Source: Tubulanus polymorphus (lineage: Eukaryota > Animalia > Nemertea). Taken from it: a stretch of DNA of 64,000 bases. The stretch covers positions 13,362,451 through 13,426,450 of the forward strand of contig NC_134035.1 in NCBI RefSeq assembly GCF_964204645.1, written 5' to 3'. Shown here piece after piece: positions 26,901-64,000 of this stretch. The position numbers and the translations under genes were made by a program. The notes below the pieces were generated by a model. It made no database searches. It was not told the DNA's origin and saw nothing but the letters and a program-made list of their open reading frames with translations. Positions within the stretch are counted from its first letter, which is position 1. Every line of letters starts with the position of its first letter.

Positions 26901-29900
26901 CTGAGTCTTCTTCAGTGGGTTGAAATCACACTCGCCATCTGGTGGATTTCTACGCTACTACAGTTTAATGATGGTTATATCCACCAGATGGCGAGTGTGA
27001 TTTTCACGGATTAAAGAAGACTCAGTGAGACCAGTGAGAGCTATCTAGTCAGTTCAGCCAAATTCCAATAGATGGCGATCACGTCAGAAATCTTGATATC
27101 CTCTCCTTGTTGGGCATCGGCCTGTATACTTCGTTTCAGCATCAGGACCACTCTGAATCATCCTGAATAATTACCGAGTTCAAACCCGGGACACCCCTGT
27201 ACATCCTCTAAACAGCATCAGGACCAATCTGATTCAGTATCAGTTATGCTAACTATATACAAGAGAATAGTTGTGTCCTCGGTCGAATTTCCTCAAAACA
27301 GTAAATAAACAACTATTATAATGTTAATGCCGATATGAGTAATAATTGTATTGATCCAAGTGTATTAATTATAATCATAATATGCGGCGTGTACACATCT
27401 ATACAACCTGTATTATCATATATATTATATATATATATATATACTTCCTCAAAGCTTGCATAAAAAACACTAAAATCAATCATCAATCATATATATAATA
27501 AATACGCAATGGAGTTAGATTCATCTATATATCTATCATTCACGAATATATTACACTTGACTAAAGCTAAAAATTCTACAACGTCTTGTATTTGATGCAG
27601 TATTAAACCTTGAAAGAACTCGACTGCATTTCAACAGTCATTCACTGTAGCCGTTGTCTGTCTCATAACTTACTCCGTAAACATCCGTATACCAAGTTTA
27701 ACGGTCTAGACTTGAGAGATGAAAGACCGGTCTTAGCTCATTTTGGTTCTATAACCAATCTAACAACTTCTTAAGACCAGTCTAAGCTCATTTGGGTTCT
27801 ATAACCAATCTAACAACTTCTTAAGACCGGTCTAAGCTCATTTTGGTTCTATAATCAATCTACCGTAACAACTTCTTAAGACCAGTGTAAGCTCATTTTG
27901 GTTCTATAACCAATCTAACATTTCAAGATCAGCTCAACAACTTACAGCTAAAGACCAGTCTTAGAACGCTGCATGTATCTGAACTCTGAATGCAAAGCAA
28001 AAACAAAATTAAAGTCTAAAGAGTTTAAATGCAAGGTTTACAACTGCATAGAAAGAATTCAAACTTCTCCAATTTTAAAGGCAGAATATGATATCCCTGA
28101 AACTTTACATCGGTTTCGTTGTGTTCTAAGTTAGAGACTGACTCGGGGGCTGTGTGAATTCTAATTGCACATTATTTGTAAAGAGAGAGTTAAAGAGATT
28201 GCGTGTGTGTCATGCTAAGATAAAATCCCTGATATATATCATGATCAATCCCCCTAAAATACAGCAGCTTTCAATATATATATATATATATATATTACAT
28301 CTATATACATGCAGCTCACATTTCATCTCAGGTTTTGTTACAACTTTGCATTTACCCTTATTATGCACAACAATATATATAGCTCTTCTGTAAAATAACG
28401 ATGATGCCATATTACTGCAGATGTCAAACACAATAAATTATTTACACAACAGATGACCAGTAGTTTTGGAATCCCGATTACGGAGGAATCTTGATACTTC
28501 AAGAGACCAGAAAATCTGTTCGTTATAACTGATACAGCGGAACCTCGTTACAACGAACTTCAGGAGACCAGAAAATCTGTTCGTTAACAGCTTGAGATGA
28601 AAAATTCTTCACTTTTTACATCCTAGTTCGAGCTCAGGTGACCAAAACATTGAGCTTAATCATGTGCTAACTATCAAAATCTACTGAATTCTTATTGGTT
28701 TTGAATGACACAATGTATTTTGAGAGTCCAATAGACAAACATCACGCGAACAGACACTTCTTAATGATTTAAATCGTCACGATCCTAAGTATTACATCAT
28801 AATAAACCATTGCCTCATAAATATTACTACTTTATATTCATATCATCATCGTTCATAGCTGCTGTAAGAATTTAAACACGTTCACCGCTGACCGCAAGTT
28901 ATCTCATAGTTCCAGTTCGGCCATCATTGTCACTATGAGTTATTTCATAGCTGTTTCTTTTTCATTTTCACCGAATAGATATTTGCACTCTGGTGCACGG
29001 GAATGACACAGTTCCTGATCGGCTGGCAATGCGAACAAACTCAGCTTCATTCTCAAGGCTCATCGGTCAATTTTGAATAATGGCTGACCACATAATAGTT
29101 CCAGCTCTAACTATGAGATAACTGATTGTAACGACACAGTAGCAATGAACATCAGTAAACACCAAATAATCATTAAAAATACAAAACATTATCAGATTAT
29201 ACAGATTTCACATATTTTTTCAGTTTAAAGCATTTTAAAAAGGCACAAAGAATTCTTGTTCAAGCACGACGTGTTGTATATCTTCAGTTGTTATTTCGCA
29301 GTAAATCAAATTTACAAACGATTAAATAATTAATTACCCTTTTGAAATAAATACAGATCCGAGTAAAAATGTAAACGAATTTCCGCGCTACCCCCGTTAC
29401 TAGTTAGTTCAGAGCTCTCTAACTAGGGGACACGTTGTTTAATTTTAAATGCATTCCGAGATGAATATATGACGGACAAAAAATGTCATGAAAATATATC
29501 GTATCACAACAGAATATCAACAGAAAAAAAGTGACTATAGTTCGAATAGTTGAATTCGATCTGGGGATGAATCTAGGGGATCTAGGGGATCCCTGCGTCT
29601 GTCAAAGCAGAGATGATAAAGATCTGTACTGATTTGACACTGATCCGCTCGTTAATATTCCTTCGGAGAGGACGGATCTCGCTTGTTGCCTTCAGCATGG
29701 CTGATTTATTTAAAGAAAGCCTTTTCTTTTTTGTTTTGGACCTCGGCTTTCCAATTTGTCTAGATCCGCCGATGACGAAAAGATTGTTTAATCAAGTTTA
29801 AAATAAGTTTCATCAAACTGTAATCTTTCTTATAAATCAGAATCAGAAGTTCTTGCTTAAAAATTTTGACCATAATTTTGAGTATGAAAACATCGGAAAT

Positions 29901-29937
29901 GAACTAATTTTCAACTGTAGAGGCAAACACCAGAACG

Positions 29938-30360
29938 GGTTCCTGAGCTGTGGAACTGGGTCCAGAACTGTGGAACTGTGTCCAGCACTGTGGAATTGTG
30001 TCCAGAACTGTGGAACTGGGTCCAGAACTGTGGAACTGGGTCCAGCACTGTGGAATTGTGTCCAGAACTGTGGAACTGGGTCCAGAACTGTGGAACTGGG
30101 TCCAGAACTGTGGAACTGGCTTCTGAACTGTGGAACTGGATCCAGAACTGTGGAACTGAGTCCAGAACTGTGGAACCAGGTCCAGAGCTGTGGAACTGTG
30201 TCCAGAACTGTGGAACTAGGTCCAGAGCTGTGGAACTGGGTCCAGAACTGTGGAACTGGGTCCAGCACTGTGGAATTGTGTCCAGAACTGTGGAACTGTG
30301 TCCAGAACTGTGGAACCAGGTCCAGAGCTGTGGAACTGGGTTCAGAACTGTGGAACTGTG
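29938..30360. repeat. 20-bp minisatellite, MITE A TIR family
   Basis: (AGAACTGTGGAACTGGGTCC)n; further arrays at ~35595-35856, 45185-45280, 46678-46915, 50346-50770, 57313-57450, 62272-62712. Confidence 0.95.
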
Positions 30361-30894
30361 TTCTAATAAACATCTAGGGTAGATTTTTGTATCGTTGTTT
30401 AAAAGCTTACGAATACAATTATACACTGCATTAAAGTCAAATACAAATAAAGCAATTTTTTTCAATCAATTTAAACATAATAATATTTCTATCACTGCAT
30501 ACATTCATTCGTATTAGTTCTACATCCAACACTTTGTTAAAGCATTCGTTTTTATGGTTTTGTTCTGAATGGTTTTTTGATCAAATGATTATTATGTCCT
30601 AGCAGTATATTTTCTAATAGCTCGATTGGTTCCGGAGACAAAGTTGAGTCAATCAACTCGTACCATTGAACGTCTGAGGTCAATTCAATGTGGCCCTCAT
30701 TCACAACTGATAAATCTGCCGTTAGTGGAGTGCTCCATGAGACCCCGATCCTAAGTGCGAGGAGCCACCCCAATCCCCGACAGGAGGAACCCCGATCCAC
30801 GGCAGGAGGAACCGCAATGATTATAGCAGCAATTAAACAAGCGTTTTCAACCTGGCCTAAGTTTGAGTTAATCCTCTAAAATTCAGAGTTCATC

Positions 30895-31040
30895 CAATGA
30901 TAGTTGGAGTTGTTGGAGTTCATTCTCTGATAGTTGGAGTTCATTCTCTGATAGTTGGAGTTCATTCTCTGATAGTTGGAGTTCATTCTCTGATAGTTGG
31001 AGTTCATTCTCTGATAGTTTGAGTTCATTGTCTAATAGTC
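30895..31040. repeat. 21-bp minisatellite
   Basis: (GATAGTTGGAGTTCATTCTCT)n just after the ARHGAP39 stop codon. Confidence 0.85.
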
Positions 31041-31049
31041 GGGAGTTTT

Positions 31050-63679
<32,630 letters not shown>

Positions 63680-63799
63680 GTTTCAGCCGTCTGTCTGTAG
63701 ATAGAAACCTGTTCTTCACGATCATATATATTCACGCATACAACTGCATTAAATCCTTCCGACGTCAAACAATAACAATAACACCGATCAGGATACGAT

Positions 63800-63900
63800 G
63801 ACAATTTCTATGAACGGCCATTTTGTTCTTACCGAAGGTGTGTGTGTGACGTACGGAAATTGACGGAATTTGCCGAGCGATCAGATCGCTACCTGGGGAC
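63800..63900 (-). promoter_or_regulatory. Putative ARHGAP39 core promoter
   Basis: YY1-like AAAATGGCCG on - strand (~63816-63825) and two CGGAA ETS-like motifs just upstream of the first coding exon. Confidence 0.45.
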
Positions 63901-63970
63901 AAAATTTGGAACTAGGGAAAAGGGTACATAAAAAAGACGGAATGGGACTCTGTACAATACGGAGTCCAAC

Positions 63971-64000
63971 ACTGGGTTCGAACCCGGGGCACCCCTGTAC
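63971..64000 (+). repeat. Start of another copy of the 75-bp B-box unit
   Basis: ACTGGGTTCGAACCCGGGGCACCCCTGTAC matches the array unit at 29/30 positions; truncated by the window end. Confidence 0.85.

Larger units (their letters stand above)
21800..27240. repeat. Composite higher-order array: 8 x ~237-bp palindromes plus ~35 x ~75-bp B-box-containing units
   Basis: Palindromes at 21922-22158, 22596-22832, 23623-23859, 24222-24458, 24893-25129, 25495-25730, 26246-26482, 26845-27081. Spacer unit TTACTGGGTTCGA(A/G)CCCGGGACACCCCTGTACATCCTCTATTCAGCATCAGGACCACTCTGAATCA... Confidence 0.95.

Noticed and set aside
22200-27200. tRNA gene cluster or hammerhead retrozyme array
   Set aside because: Only the T-arm/B-box-like motif is present, with no evident A box or cloverleaf; CTGATGCT occurs on the - strand but not the CTGANGA...GAAA core.
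21800-27240. CRISPR-like repeat/spacer array
   Set aside because: Spacers are themselves repeats of one 75-bp unit, the repeats are 237 bp, there are no cas genes and the context is eukaryotic.
29843-30465. [14 protein letters not shown] ORFs (here and at ~12.5, 20, 35.6, 46.7, 50.3 and 62.3 kb)
   Set aside because: All derive from the 20-bp MITE-TIR minisatellite.

Overview
Eukaryotic, intron-rich, repeat-dense animal DNA (probably a bilaterian invertebrate; organism not determinable). Three spliced genes were reconstructed by hand with consistent exon phases: a SIRT3-like sirtuin (- strand, 5550-10450); an NADH-cytochrome b5 reductase, CYB5R3-like (+ strand, 10864/13460-19960), head-to-head with the sirtuin across about 410 bp; and ARHGAP39/Vilse (WW-WW-MyTH4-RhoGAP, - strand, 31050-63679), which has an AT-AC U12-type intron. 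Between the convergent 3' ends of CYB5R and ARHGAP39 is a ~5.4 kb composite array (21800-27240). It has eight ~237-bp near-perfect palindromes, each carrying four CTCF-like motifs in divergent orientation, separated by runs of a ~75-bp unit with a Pol III B-box-like core (~35 copies). A duplicated CYB5R poly(A) region is embedded in the array, and the same 75-bp unit reappears at the ARHGAP39 promoter at the window end. CYB5R also appears to have an alternative isoform with a signal peptide, an acidic ectodomain and a longer TM helix. Most supplied ORFs are artefacts of minisatellites and MITE-derived repeats.
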